DNA from: a virus
Taxonomy: Duplodnaviria; Heunggongvirae; Uroviricota; Caudoviricetes
DNA length: 64,000 nucleotides
Reading direction: 5' to 3' (one strand)
IMG/VR virus record: IMGVR_UViG_3300012940_000021
Span: 63,912-127,911 of that record
Shown here one piece after another: positions 18,601 to 25,763 of this stretch. The notes under the pieces are model-generated. The model was not told the DNA's origin. It searched no databases and worked only from the letters and a program-made list of their open reading frames with translations. The translations under genes were made by a program, and so were the position numbers. Every line of letters starts with the position of its first letter. Within the stretch, counting starts at the first letter, position 1.

Positions 18601-20075
18601 CCGTCTTCACGCTTGGTGAACTCCCGGTCGCCATTCGTCTGGTGGATGACGTGACCGACTTCAGCCGCGTCGAGCAGCTCCTTGGTGTCGGCTTCGGAGA
18701 GGTCGGGACCGAGCGCGCTGAGGTCCGGCTGCTCAGTGGACTCCTGCGGAGCGGAGGAGTCCCCACCGTCGAGTGGAGAGCCAGCCGGAGCCTTCGGCTC
18801 CTTGCCCTCCTTGGCGATCTTCACGTCGCTGTTGTTGACCGCGATGGCGGACTTGAACGACTCGGCGTCGAGCTGGCCCCCGAACTGATTCGTCCAGGCG
18901 TCGCCCTCCTTGTCCTTGGTCCAGTTGGTCTTGTTTCCAGCGGGCGACGTGTACGTGACCTGAGCGCCGGGCAGCGCCTTGTCGATCCAGTCGTTCGTCG
19001 GGGTGTCGCCCACGGAGACAGGCGCGGGCTTGGAGGCTGCCTCTCCGTCGAGCGGATTCACCGACTTGCCATCGAGCGGGTTGTACTCCGGCTCCTCGGG
19101 AGCACCGATGGAGAGGATGCTCTTCAGGTGCGCGAGGTTGTCCGCGCTGACGCCCTGAGTAGTGCCCTCGTCCTGTCCGTCGAAGGTGCCTTCCGAGTTC
19201 TTCACGAAGGGGCGATCCGCCACCATGACGGTGACCCCCTCGGGAAGCCCTTCGAGCGCCTGCAACGCCTCCTCGAAGTTCATCTCCCCGAAGTTCATCG
19301 CCTCGGTGTTGGCGAAGGTCTCCTCGACCACGGAGATGTCGTCGTCGCTCGTGTCGGGCACGAGGTCACCGGAGTCGTAGAGGTCCTGGAGATCGGCGTC
19401 CTTCAGTCGCACCCCAAGATCCACGTGCTCCCAGGTGTCGTCCGCGAGCTTCTTGAACTGAGGGGTGCCTCGACTGTCCACGAGGGTCGCGCCCACCTTC
19501 AGGGCGTTGAGGCTGACCGACCCGCTCGTGGCCTCGAACTCCTCGACGGAGTAGTTCTCGTCGCCTTCGAAGTCCGGTCCGAACTTGTTTTGGAAAACAG
19601 CGGTGAGAGTCTTCGGGATCTCGATCTCGCCAGCCTCGTTGAAGGCGTGAACGGACCCGTCGGGGGTGACGACGTAGGCCATGCCCGGCTGAGAGGCCGG
19701 ACGGATGAGCTTGGAGCCGTTGGGCGCGGTGTACTTCGCCTTGCCGATGCTGAAGTGCTTGTTGCCCGTGAGCGTGGACTTCTTGATCTTGAGCTTCAGC
19801 TTCGGCTTCTCGGCAGGCTTCGGCGCGTTCTTCTCGGAGGCTGCCTTGCCGGAGATGGTGCCCTGCGACATGAAGCCGCCTGCGGCGCTGCCCGAGGAGA
19901 TGGCTCCCTGCGGAGGGGTGAGGCCCTGGGCTGCGGCCTCGGCGTTCTTGGCGTCGATGATGTCCTTGGTGATCGGAGCGCCGATGGGCAGCCCGTAGAA
20001 CTGAGCACCCTCCGGGGTGCGCACTCGACGGACGGCCAGCTCCAGGACCTGGGACTCGAACTGTTCGACGCTCAC
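9645..20075 (-). CDS. giant multidomain protein (~3,476 aa from GTG at 20075; longest ORF extends to 20273 = 3,542 aa). Candidate virion-packaged 'polyvalent' protein: N-terminal capsid-targeting-like motif, >=10 copies of a ~35-40-aa repeat, two HipA/APH-like kinase catalytic-loop motifs
   Basis: uninterrupted 10.6-kb frame directly downstream of MuF; GTG with GGAG SD after conserved motif+palindrome; motifs HVLDWALDNDDTHPDNLLMT...GGVVGIDKG and AIDAWLANWDVFGLSWDNVL...RIDNGGAL. Confidence 0.8.
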   Translation of the reverse strand: MSVEQFESQVLELAVRRVRTPEGAQFYGLPIGAPITKDIIDAKNAEAAAQGLTPPQGAISSGSAAGGFMSQGTISGKAASEKNAPKPAEKPKLKLKIKKSTLTGNKHFSIGKAKYTAPNGSKLIRPASQPGMAYVVTPDGSVHAFNEAGEIEIPKTLTAVFQNKFGPDFEGDENYSVEEFEATSGSVSLNALKVGATLVDSRGTPQFKKLADDTWEHVDLGVRLKDADLQDLYDSGDLVPDTSDDDISVVEETFANTEAMNFGEMNFEEALQALEGLPEGVTVMVADRPFVKNSEGTFDGQDEGTTQGVSADNLAHLKSILSIGAPEEPEYNPLDGKSVNPLDGEAASKPAPVSVGDTPTNDWIDKALPGAQVTYTSPAGNKTNWTKDKEGDAWTNQFGGQLDAESFKSAIAVNNSDVKIAKEGKEPKAPAGSPLDGGDSSAPQESTEQPDLSALGPDLSEADTKELLDAAEVGHVIHQTNGDREFTKREDGDWDSSTGVVVSTNALLAAIGPEGLADGPQPEQPSPAPAKPKRPKPKDISAINGNSNVAEVQRLLDSAEVGHQIYMVDSEATLTKNEDGTWKSSKTGNDLTSENVAILAPDIGDGPAPELPKRDKPRSTSKLVPGEGDYTELATPGHMQVSTIGDRVLVAFDNGAMVSEYELTDSGDGLAIWSNVDDDEDWFGQVAMNAMVVDGGAEKVYIHATKQSKPLPPEVDEDEPNVNSTDLIWHEDMAPLDILSEESPHYLFPGDYDYTAEATQDDITNAQPGDKILIGYDPDFEENTADGDAPHYEAADLVEKQPDGSWKNLTHPQAGVTEEDLMTAVMASEGEYQPEQLYAFKGNSTKQQPQEAPAADKPLAEMTDVEFSTALVNAPVGSKLIPEEGQVPFRKQENGTWTQGGKKKPVSHGVMYAMRDQLTLVTPTGTQEPEQPADPGEPISGFSPIFNSPDLTVDQKRNHLAIAPTGAQVNLDGVTLTKQSNGQWLSWANGNTYSNEELAQYGAALTAGPAPATQEPIPSHGLITDEGAKKIGGQSGSNPGGLYELPTPDGPAKYYVKKPQTADHGNNEALANALYRELGVNAPEVDVASDGQIYSKIVDGKQDMQARLNDQVWLSKVRRDFAIDAWLANWDVFGLSWDNVLTDKDGNPWRIDNGGALKYRAMGSAKGSDFGPSVTELESYRTGKKAAVFGSDMTYAEELDGAQRIVNLSPERIQEMVSEYGMDESMANTLLARRKYIAEHYSLPLPEESPHLVPDQTSESEAPATDDDLPEGVPTNAVLVNKDIVTHAPKPGDQIFEVTGKGKIITYTKAQDGDEWSALLPSGLDGGMLTLNDIFFAPGGNKHYYVPAPLQSQSAEEQAPWEWGEGHTITSVEDLESLLPGTKLEYTKKDGSKTYYTKLDNGAFLTPGGNVYAASQLSGSAKSQKFTVFSLPALEPNVPSPSEVNEFGYAEGDAITKMAHVNAFPVGQRLAMFDQAGNFLNFVDKTEEGWKAPADDPKWPNLAFTPGDMGDAVAAGNLRYVAPKAPESSFGAKDKQLWPGAPAMSSIQIAEAYKALEEHSSFHVSYGLKALPDSNPLKSAENQESLKVAALNKYPDLKAKPAVIKYLKDSIGIEEGTSVEEENAPKVWIGSKTPKSTGVQGMDGGEFTMSQVQQAIDILESFQGKNFKSELNKKMNALGSLNPNSIVGFDKDKTVTKQKFIDLLKAKLVRTETDIQHPKVKSLEELSGLPVGTVVRWQGTGGIPHTYTKISAAQWTDDGSGNVLGEDSFSGAIDNGFLRIESKPDVLPDYAKTPPALQDKQQEELSKDDGDFSLKVVQDAPVGTKAQNGAPGTDFQMVAVKEGEDHWTIYDAKTGDNLSDNGFGFMNDSEMFNAMQGDWDFSPVENPTLNENPEIVPGKYSSPGGKAYMVVAADGTGVYVNTKGGVSKLTAKAVKTNYDKGMKEYHGMPDDIPSPTAKAAPKKPVVVSDLTPGTYFAGSPQNPKTAVYEVSTDTAKIFKPKTDVTAMTGVKIGGYPTTDWLNAAGVGAKYEVTSSHYEDGEYVQPYEATKHSDGKWHFTDPKTGEEVKPPEEQPNIWATYYSHVLSHGLQDPVEFDKKKVNTLFSKGQLTDKFGMSVLPEGYTGSVFFFGSQTTVPSLMQARQYLDTVTDESAYAMGEKLKSLGVFWQQPLWVKWRAENGFTENTPENAVQALKEAMDGLLSGVDTSTPEANAADLFEWNEMGYAKFPASVAALTVNSYDKNSLGSYIKAASASIGDGKIIGQHLTKMDKWERQKWVAAFKKGDFKALYQIEVSAAAKEGKAHNSGYLHPGYEGSEATHQITWGPAVEGEIPAGEPVEGNWTSPGIEPSLPEIQNYLIKAQMQNPTFLSNAEKRQWVLAHKQGQKEKVDQLSALAQVRKQNGDAALSDAPTWTDDVQPAKSYDHVFENNPDTPWPQGSIWKATPYDVTTDWAKDHFQDPDFKEFYSNYDTSVGGLEWDPSNTDYSTKYKSEEIVAAYFDAKHAAYLEELNKPKYFKVEQIDKGSHEVWLVKDQFDRKYIFKPWNSEDQKARAQMEHKANELARMWGFQSAKTVMATTEDGHEGLIQNFVDNVGSFAGNGDGEIQMETLNEKQLAAIAAEHVLDWALDNDDTHPDNLLMTPSGGVVGIDKGRAFFVYGNWNGISGDASAHTNATLVYTQLYDKIRNGTIDYETAVKAYQGARKAASRIQKSDDAAAEQMVREAVEFRTNWDVPDYMTHFTHRNAPANADQLVKAFLHRKSKLVEQIDQMWDKIFQDAGFGGLPEEPPTVFEEHISGWDEPGVLDKAAETKVWGAAPLHGSASIHNGHSLLWTEQNETGEELHKGQITLGDLAQNKLLAFLQPKAQQVQVNSVNTQPIYLNQAQFPTTNDWKSTITAAGKNVTKNSVDKEYDPDIISAFNSLEQTLLADAAFWKPDLEPEGNADYVEFPSGKRVAPEYLSQYKMMLDHYFTQIGKVKTAISEGGTTNKGDFTVFQGLAPKVEGRIIVSPDGITYTELANGQWLSSKGSEVSVGALPVDPNALPDGWTNNVEAEPQEAVKEVLYTVQSAAGKGGTLNEGGLKVENSKDEGTSGHTGKEYRITLPSGEVIFFRNSTSTNTARSQRGTVSFRLVGPDKEASLARVQSQLELMGLDLTGADETQAELNYWRAMWERVIFTYAESSAPATVKSALKKLKDKKQTVKGPNGENLTDWTLIEGIGLSMSDTEELAFYRSISEEAWGKDRVDSFIAQGKHMPKFNHMDLANPELATGKPYYERIDVDLEQVLKKGHMVAIGNNGKDDSLLRYITSGGMLSTEERLRILGYFKQGASSGSDQGTGGANSVFTRIAHTGASVEFSGSIYGKHVAYWNPSVFTQVDTYSFSGDRFGDRTDQQSQNKYDPLKALTSFTGSSNETMVPNAMSILDHLEIFVFDNAEKRNEAIQRMKALGFAMLRGLPIEDRFVMRVNLQAAIAKVKAQWTK

Positions 20076-20087
20076 GACGCTCCAAAA

Positions 20088-20128
20088 TCTTCTGGCCAGA
20101 AGAATGTCTGCTCTGTGATATCGGCCTC
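20088..20128 (-). promoter_or_regulatory. left-arm conserved motif copy 5 (AGAGGCCGATATCACAGAGCAGACA) followed by 16-bp perfect palindrome TCTTCTGGCCAGAAGA, upstream of the giant gene
   Basis: seen in sequence. Confidence 0.6.
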
Positions 20129-20349
20129 TACTCGTCTTGCCGAACGGCCCCTGGAATCGCCTCGACCTTCTCCACAACCTCCGAGATCTCACCTTCGAGC
20201 AGGAGACCGCTTCGATAGACCGTCGTGGCGTCGAGTCCACCGAAGCGGTAGCTCTTTTCGGTGGTTCGAGCATCGAGAACTACGGCCAGCAGCCCAGCCG
20301 CTGCCGACGGCACCGAGTCGAAGAAGAATCTTGTGGTCGAACTAGCCAT
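20128..20349 (-). CDS. hypothetical protein (73 aa)
   Basis: ORF overlapping 8 nt with MuF stop. Confidence 0.45.
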   Translation of the reverse strand: MASSTTRFFFDSVPSAAAGLLAVVLDARTTEKSYRFGGLDATTVYRSGLLLEGEISEVVEKVEAIPGAVRQDE

Positions 20350-21145
20350 CGTCGCCTCCCCGACGCACGAACGAGATGATTCGCTGGAGGGTCCTCACGA
20401 CGGCCCGGAAGATCATGCCGGGCATCCTCTTCACGTCCTCGGTGGTCATCGTGAGCGCACCTGGCCCTGGAGAGTCGATGTCGAGTGTCTCCAGGGTGTT
20501 CGCCAGGGTCACGATGAGGATGGCGAGGTAGCACTGGCACCGAGGATGGCGAGGAGGTCCGAGCAGGTCCCCGTAGACCTTCAGCCGGTTGTCACCGGTC
20601 GGGAACTCCTCGTGCAAGCCGACCTCGGTGCCGTGGAGTGCGCGGCAGTACTCGCAAGGCGTGTTGTTGACGAAGTTCGCCAGCCAGATCTTGCGGACTC
20701 GGTAGCCGAAGTCCTCCAGCTCGGTGTACGCCTGGATCATCGCGTCGGTGTAGCCTCGCTGGGCTGCGACCCCGGCGCTGTGCTGCATCCGCAGGATGGC
20801 TCGACGGCGAGCCTTCTCGTCGCGGCTGCTCTTCTTGTACTCACGGAGATTCCGGCGCACATCCGCGAGAAGATTCTGGAGGTACTCGGAGTTGAAGATC
20901 TCCGTGGGCGTCCATCCGGTGAGGCCGGACTCTCGGACCGCATGCGCAGAGGCCACGGCTGCGCTCGCTCGGTAGGCGCTGCGCACGATGGCTTCGAGCT
21001 GCCAGCGCACCGACTGCGGGCTGAAGCGCCCCTGATCCCACGCATCGAAGGTCGCGGCAATCTGCTGCCGAACGGTGGCCTCCAGGGCGCGGGCAGCGAG
21101 ATGAGCCTGACGGGCAGCCCGGAGTTGTTCCGCGAAGCTCGCCAT
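20342..21145 (-). CDS. MuF-like head morphogenesis (minor capsid) protein (267 aa)
   Basis: C-terminal PCEYCRALHG...HPRCQCYL cysteine pattern of phage F-like/SPP1 gp7 family; position after portal. Confidence 0.75.
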   Translation of the reverse strand: MASFAEQLRAARQAHLAARALEATVRQQIAATFDAWDQGRFSPQSVRWQLEAIVRSAYRASAAVASAHAVRESGLTGWTPTEIFNSEYLQNLLADVRRNLREYKKSSRDEKARRRAILRMQHSAGVAAQRGYTDAMIQAYTELEDFGYRVRKIWLANFVNNTPCEYCRALHGTEVGLHEEFPTGDNRLKVYGDLLGPPRHPRCQCYLAILIVTLANTLETLDIDSPGPGALTMTTEDVKRMPGMIFRAVVRTLQRIISFVRRGGDDG

Positions 21146-21507
21146 CAGCCCTCCTCGGGCTTCTGCTCCTCCGCCGCGTCAGCCAGCTCCGAGAGCACTG
21201 GGGTGCCGGGACGAGCCTCTCGGAACTGCTTCACCGCATTGGTGAACTCGCTCTGGATGTCCTTCATGAGGGCCGTGTTGCCCGTGCGCTTGGCCTCCAC
21301 GAACTGAGCCTGGAGAGACTTCAGACGCTCGATGGTGACCGGACGAGCGCCGCCTTCTGGAGCCTCCTCTCCACCCCCGATTGGAGACCCGATGGGCTTG
21401 CCATACAGACGAGCGCCCGCATCCGTCGCCACTCGACGGACCGCCAGGCTCACGAGCGAGGAAAGCTCCTCGCGCTCAGTTGGAATCGACGGCATCGAGC
21501 AGGTCAC
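21145..21507 (-). CDS. hypothetical protein (120 aa) sharing an N-terminal ~30-aa motif with the giant protein
   Basis: SLVSLAVRRVATDAGARLYGKPIGSPI vs giant VLELAVRRVRTPEGAQFYGLPIGAPI (17/31 identical). Confidence 0.6.
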   Translation of the reverse strand: MTCSMPSIPTEREELSSLVSLAVRRVATDAGARLYGKPIGSPIGGGEEAPEGGARPVTIERLKSLQAQFVEAKRTGNTALMKDIQSEFTNAVKQFREARPGTPVLSELADAAEEQKPEEG

Positions 21508-23053
21508 CCGCCATCCTCATCAGCTCCGAGTAGGCGTCCAGCGGCTGAGAGAGCTGCATCGCCTGCTCTTCGAAGTCCCGGAGGGCCTGGTCCTCTGGAG
21601 AGGCCGGAGCTGGAGGCCCGCCTGGAGCCGGGGCCACTGGACCGCCAGGGAGTGGCTGACCGTCGGGACCCAGGGCCGGGACGGCTCCGCCTGCGGCAGC
21701 GGCGAGCTGCGCCTGAGCGGCTGCCTGCTCCTCCTCGATCCGACGATCCACTTCGTCGTAGTCGATCTCCAGGCCCATCTCCTCGGCCACGACCTCCTCC
21801 AGCGCCCGCATGAACTCGGGGGTCGCGTTGACGCTCTGACCCGCCGAGGCGAGCTTGTCGAAGGTGGCCGAGATGGCCTGCTTCTGCTCGTCGGTGAGCT
21901 TGCCCCAGGTGAAGGTCGGGTACTTGCCCCCGTCGAAGTTGAAGTCGATGAGCTGCGGGATGATGTAGTGGTTGATCTGGTTGGCGATGTCGTCCATGAT
22001 GGCGCGGAGCATCAGGATGAACATGTCGTCGCCCGGCTGGGCGAAGTTCACCATCGAGCCTTCGCCCTGGCCCGCGCCGGTCTCCTTGTCCATGAAGCCA
22101 GCGAGCATCGACTTCGACATCTGGTTGTTGTGGTGGTTGATGAGGTTCAGGTACTCGAAGGACCCGGCCTCCTTCAGCAGCTCCACCTTGAAGCCGTCCG
22201 GCACCATCATCCACTGGGCCAGGGCGAGGTTCGCCAGGTTCTGCGCGAACTCGCGCTTCGCACCCATCGAGGCGTTGGGCGGAACGGTGCCGATGCGGGT
22301 GCCGACGGCGGCTCGCTGCGCGGCCAGGTGGGCGGTGTAGTAGAGCTTGACCTTCTTGTCGTAGTGGTAGAAGGCGCTCTGGAAGAACGAGACCCCGTAG
22401 AACTTCCGCTCCTCCTCCTGGGCCGCGTAGTAGAAGCAGTACTCCGGCTCGATGTACACGTCGGTGACCTTGCCGCCGTTGGTGGCCCGCTGGCGGATGC
22501 CCGCGAAGCCACCGCCCTTGTCGGTGACGAAGGTGACGGTCTCGCTCGGGCGGTAGGCGAGCTTCTTCAGGGTGATCTTGCCCGCGAGCGGGCCGAACTC
22601 TGGACGCCAGAAGACCTTCTCGAAGGCGGCGAATCCATCGAACAGAGCGCCGAGGAGCTGACTCATGAAGCGGTGGAAGGTGACGCTCATGCCGCCCTGA
22701 GCTGGAGGCGTGTGGAAGACCTGCTCGATGAACTCGGCCTCCTTCTCCCCGCCGTCGGCGGGAACGAAGGTCGCCGTGCTGAGCGCGGCACGAATGGGCA
22801 GCGAGAGGAGTCGGAACAGCGCTCGCGCCTGACCGTCCATACGCCGCATCGTCACGAGCTGTCGGACAGTCGGCCCCATCTCCTCCGACTCGTCGCGGAG
22901 GATCTCCTGAAGCTCCTCGTCCACGCTCTTCTTCAGGCCGACCGAGAACGGACGGAATGGAGTCGTGAACGCGAGGTTCTGATCGACGCCCTGCTCGACG
23001 CCAAGCTCCGGGACCTCGGTCTTCTCCGGCGCAGTTACGTCTTCACCAGCCAC
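21476..23053 (-). CDS. portal protein (525 aa)
   Basis: size and position directly downstream of terminase large subunit; overlaps TerL stop. Confidence 0.7.
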   Translation of the reverse strand: MAGEDVTAPEKTEVPELGVEQGVDQNLAFTTPFRPFSVGLKKSVDEELQEILRDESEEMGPTVRQLVTMRRMDGQARALFRLLSLPIRAALSTATFVPADGGEKEAEFIEQVFHTPPAQGGMSVTFHRFMSQLLGALFDGFAAFEKVFWRPEFGPLAGKITLKKLAYRPSETVTFVTDKGGGFAGIRQRATNGGKVTDVYIEPEYCFYYAAQEEERKFYGVSFFQSAFYHYDKKVKLYYTAHLAAQRAAVGTRIGTVPPNASMGAKREFAQNLANLALAQWMMVPDGFKVELLKEAGSFEYLNLINHHNNQMSKSMLAGFMDKETGAGQGEGSMVNFAQPGDDMFILMLRAIMDDIANQINHYIIPQLIDFNFDGGKYPTFTWGKLTDEQKQAISATFDKLASAGQSVNATPEFMRALEEVVAEEMGLEIDYDEVDRRIEEEQAAAQAQLAAAAGGAVPALGPDGQPLPGGPVAPAPGGPPAPASPEDQALRDFEEQAMQLSQPLDAYSELMRMAGDLLDAVDSN

Positions 23054-24974
23054 CGCTCATCCCCTTCATTCCGATGGGCAACCCGAGGTTGCCCTGCCCG
23101 AAGCTCAGCTCCGCCATCCCGACCAGCGGGGCGACGGCATCCCCCACTTCGAAGAAGCCGACCCCGACTTCTGTGATCTCGTGCTCGGGGTCTTCCTCGC
23201 CTCCGAGGTTGATGGCTCCCACGATAGAGCACGCGAGTGCGTCAGCCTCGTCTTTCGACCCGCCAGGCGGGTGGTCCACCTTGCCCTTGTCGCCCCGAGA
23301 GAGGGCCTCCAGCTCATCCATCAGGCGCTGGCTGAACGGCATGTAGAGGCGCGACTCGCTCGCCACGTCCTTCAGCGTCTTCCAGATGTCGGGGTCCCGG
23401 TCCGTGCTCACCCGGTCCGATTCGATGCCGTGGGAGAGCAGGATCTGGATCGTGTCCGTGCTCTGGAACCCGTCGAAGGTGAAGGAGCCGATCCAGAAGC
23501 CCCGCTTGATGAGTTCGAAGGCGAGCATGCGCGCCCAGCGGATCTGGATCTCGCGGGGGAGCTTCGACCCGTCCTCGTCCTTGGCCGACACGTCCGCCTC
23601 GAACGAGATGGTGAAGTCGTTGCGCAGGATCGGCACCGTCGTCGGCACCTGCACGATGAAGCCGGTCTCGTCCTCGACCTCCGCGATGCGCTCCTCCCAG
23701 CGCTCCACGTGGCTCATGGCGATGCCCGCCCGGTCGCCCTTCACCGCGAGGTCTCCGTGCATGGCGTAGCGAGCGCCCGCGATGGGCTTGAAGTCTGGGT
23801 CGAAGGTGAACACCGGCTCCCAGCCGCGCACCGTCTTGCCGGTCTTGGGCGAGGTCACCGCCGTGACCCGGTAGTCGATCTGGATCGGTTGGTCGGCGCG
23901 GTCCACGGCCTGCTTGAAGATGACCGGGTTGCGGAAGTAGGCGTCGGTGGCTCGGGTCGGCTTGCACTCGTACATCGAGGCAGCCTCGTCCGGGTCCTTG
24001 TCGTAGTCCTCCTGGAAGTCCTCCGGCCCCTTCACGCGAGGGTTGACCTCCCACGTGGCCAGCGGGCCGGACACGTAGTGGATGCTCTTCTCGCCGTACT
24101 TGGCGATGGAGTCGCGGCCCTCCTTGGTCTGCTTCTGGATGGTCGATCCGAGGTAGCGGGGGTAGGAGATGGTGACGCGCTTGTAGGTCTGCGGGAATCG
24201 GGTCGAGGCCGACCCCTTCAGCATCTTCAGGATGGACTCGGCGGAGGTCGATGCCTCTCGGGCGCGATTGCCCAGACCGACCATCTCGTCCTTGGCGCGG
24301 AAGGCGTCGATCTCGTCCGCGACGCCGAGCATGATGTTCAGACCCTCCTGGCTCTCGGCGTCCGAGTGGCCGGAGATGGCGATGATGTGCTTGTCGTACT
24401 CGATGATGTTCTGCTTGGCGTCGGCCTTGTCCTTGAACCAGCCGCGCTTGACCGCCTCTCGCATCGGGGTGAAGAAGGCGTTCATGGCCTGCGCCGAGTT
24501 CGCCGCGATGTTGAGCAGGTGGATCGAGTCGAAGTCCGGCATCTGGAAGTAGCGCTGCGGCGACTTCATGCAGAGCAGGAGATACGCCACCCGGAGCGAC
24601 GAGAACCGGGCGATGGCGTCCTTGCCGGACCCCTTACCCCACTGGAGCGTGATGATGTTCTTGACCGGGATGTCCTTCGCCCAGTACTCCTTGGTCTTCG
24701 GGTCATCGAAGCCCTCGGCCATGAGCGGGTACAGGTCCGGGTAGAAGATTCGCTCGATGTGCCGGACCGCATCCTCCTGCACTTCGGAGAGGTCGATGTC
24801 GGGCAGGTTGAGGAACTTCGAGTCCTGGATGAAGGTGCGCAGATCCACCGGCTCCTCCCAGAAGATGTCCTCCAGGGGGGACGGTGGGGTCCAGACCTCT
24901 ACCTCCGGCTCTGCGAAGGCAGCCGACATCTCCAGCGGGTTGCGGATCAGCCGAGGCCCGAGTTCGAGAGCCAT
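23043..24974 (-). CDS. terminase large subunit (643 aa)
   Basis: Walker A-like LQWGKGSGKD, Walker B GVADEIDAF, C-terminal RNaseH-like nuclease region HGDLAVKGDRAG. Confidence 0.85.
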   Translation of the reverse strand: MALELGPRLIRNPLEMSAAFAEPEVEVWTPPSPLEDIFWEEPVDLRTFIQDSKFLNLPDIDLSEVQEDAVRHIERIFYPDLYPLMAEGFDDPKTKEYWAKDIPVKNIITLQWGKGSGKDAIARFSSLRVAYLLLCMKSPQRYFQMPDFDSIHLLNIAANSAQAMNAFFTPMREAVKRGWFKDKADAKQNIIEYDKHIIAISGHSDAESQEGLNIMLGVADEIDAFRAKDEMVGLGNRAREASTSAESILKMLKGSASTRFPQTYKRVTISYPRYLGSTIQKQTKEGRDSIAKYGEKSIHYVSGPLATWEVNPRVKGPEDFQEDYDKDPDEAASMYECKPTRATDAYFRNPVIFKQAVDRADQPIQIDYRVTAVTSPKTGKTVRGWEPVFTFDPDFKPIAGARYAMHGDLAVKGDRAGIAMSHVERWEERIAEVEDETGFIVQVPTTVPILRNDFTISFEADVSAKDEDGSKLPREIQIRWARMLAFELIKRGFWIGSFTFDGFQSTDTIQILLSHGIESDRVSTDRDPDIWKTLKDVASESRLYMPFSQRLMDELEALSRGDKGKVDHPPGGSKDEADALACSIVGAINLGGEEDPEHEITEVGVGFFEVGDAVAPLVGMAELSFGQGNLGLPIGMKGMSGGW

Positions 24975-24982
24975 GAGGAGAC

Positions 24983-25753
24983 CTACCGATTCTGGGCAGC
25001 GATGGCCTGGATGGTCTCCAGGTAGGACTTCCGGCTGGCGCTGAGGGTGAGCACGTCCTGGAGGAGGAGCTGCTCGATCTCGTTCAAGTCGTCGGAGTCG
25101 AGGTCGTCGTCTTCGGTCTCCTTCCAGACCTGCTCGACCTGCTCCGCCTCACCGAACATGACCTTGTTTCCCGAAACGGTGTACGGGATCTTCAGGAAGG
25201 ACTGGTTCGCGTCCTTGCCCTCGCACTCCACGATGATGAAGTCGCTCCACAGCTCCCGAATCCACCGGTACGGGTAGAGCACCGACGACGGCGCGGCGAT
25301 GTCCTTGGCGTCCTCGTGCAGCTCCTCGTACAGGTGCCGACGCTCGCGCTCCTGGGCGTCCCACGCCCGGCGCACGATCTCGGTGTTGAACGACCCGACG
25401 CTCGTGAGCATGAGGTAGTCGGAGCCGCTCTCGTGGGTAGCCCGGACGATCTTCTTCGCCTTGTTCTTGGCCTTCAGCGCCTCCCACGCGGCGGCAGCCT
25501 TCGCGGCCTTGGCCTGCGTGTCGGCATCCACGTCGTCCCCACCAGCCGCCCACTTCTTCACGCGGGAGACAGCGATGGCGATGGCCGACGACTTCGACTT
25601 GCCGCTGCGCATGACCGCCTTGGCGATCCGGCAGATGTAGTTCGGCAGCCCGCCGCTCTTCTCGACCCAGTTCTCTCCCGGCGACGAGTCCAGGGAGCAT
25701 CCGCTCCCCGCCGCGAGGAAGACAACGAGGTCGGTGTCGTGCTTATCCAGCAT
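24983..25753 (-). CDS. hypothetical protein (256 aa) between putative TerS and TerL
   Basis: ATG at 25753 with GAAGGAG SD. Confidence 0.55.
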   Translation of the reverse strand: MLDKHDTDLVVFLAAGSGCSLDSSPGENWVEKSGGLPNYICRIAKAVMRSGKSKSSAIAIAVSRVKKWAAGGDDVDADTQAKAAKAAAAWEALKAKNKAKKIVRATHESGSDYLMLTSVGSFNTEIVRRAWDAQERERRHLYEELHEDAKDIAAPSSVLYPYRWIRELWSDFIIVECEGKDANQSFLKIPYTVSGNKVMFGEAEQVEQVWKETEDDDLDSDDLNEIEQLLLQDVLTLSASRKSYLETIQAIAAQNR

Positions 25754-25763
25754 GATGCTCCTT

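Noticed and set aside
9645-20273. Giant ORF as an N4-like virion RNA polymerase (similar length, ~3,500 aa) or as a tape measure protein
   Set aside because: No single-subunit RNAP motifs (D-x-x-GR, K-x-x-Y-G, HDS-type motif C) seen by eye. Gene order and adjacent tail genes indicate a siphovirus-like layout, with the tail module at the far left. No tape-measure-like hydrophobic or coiled-coil periodicity, and it lies in the head module next to MuF.
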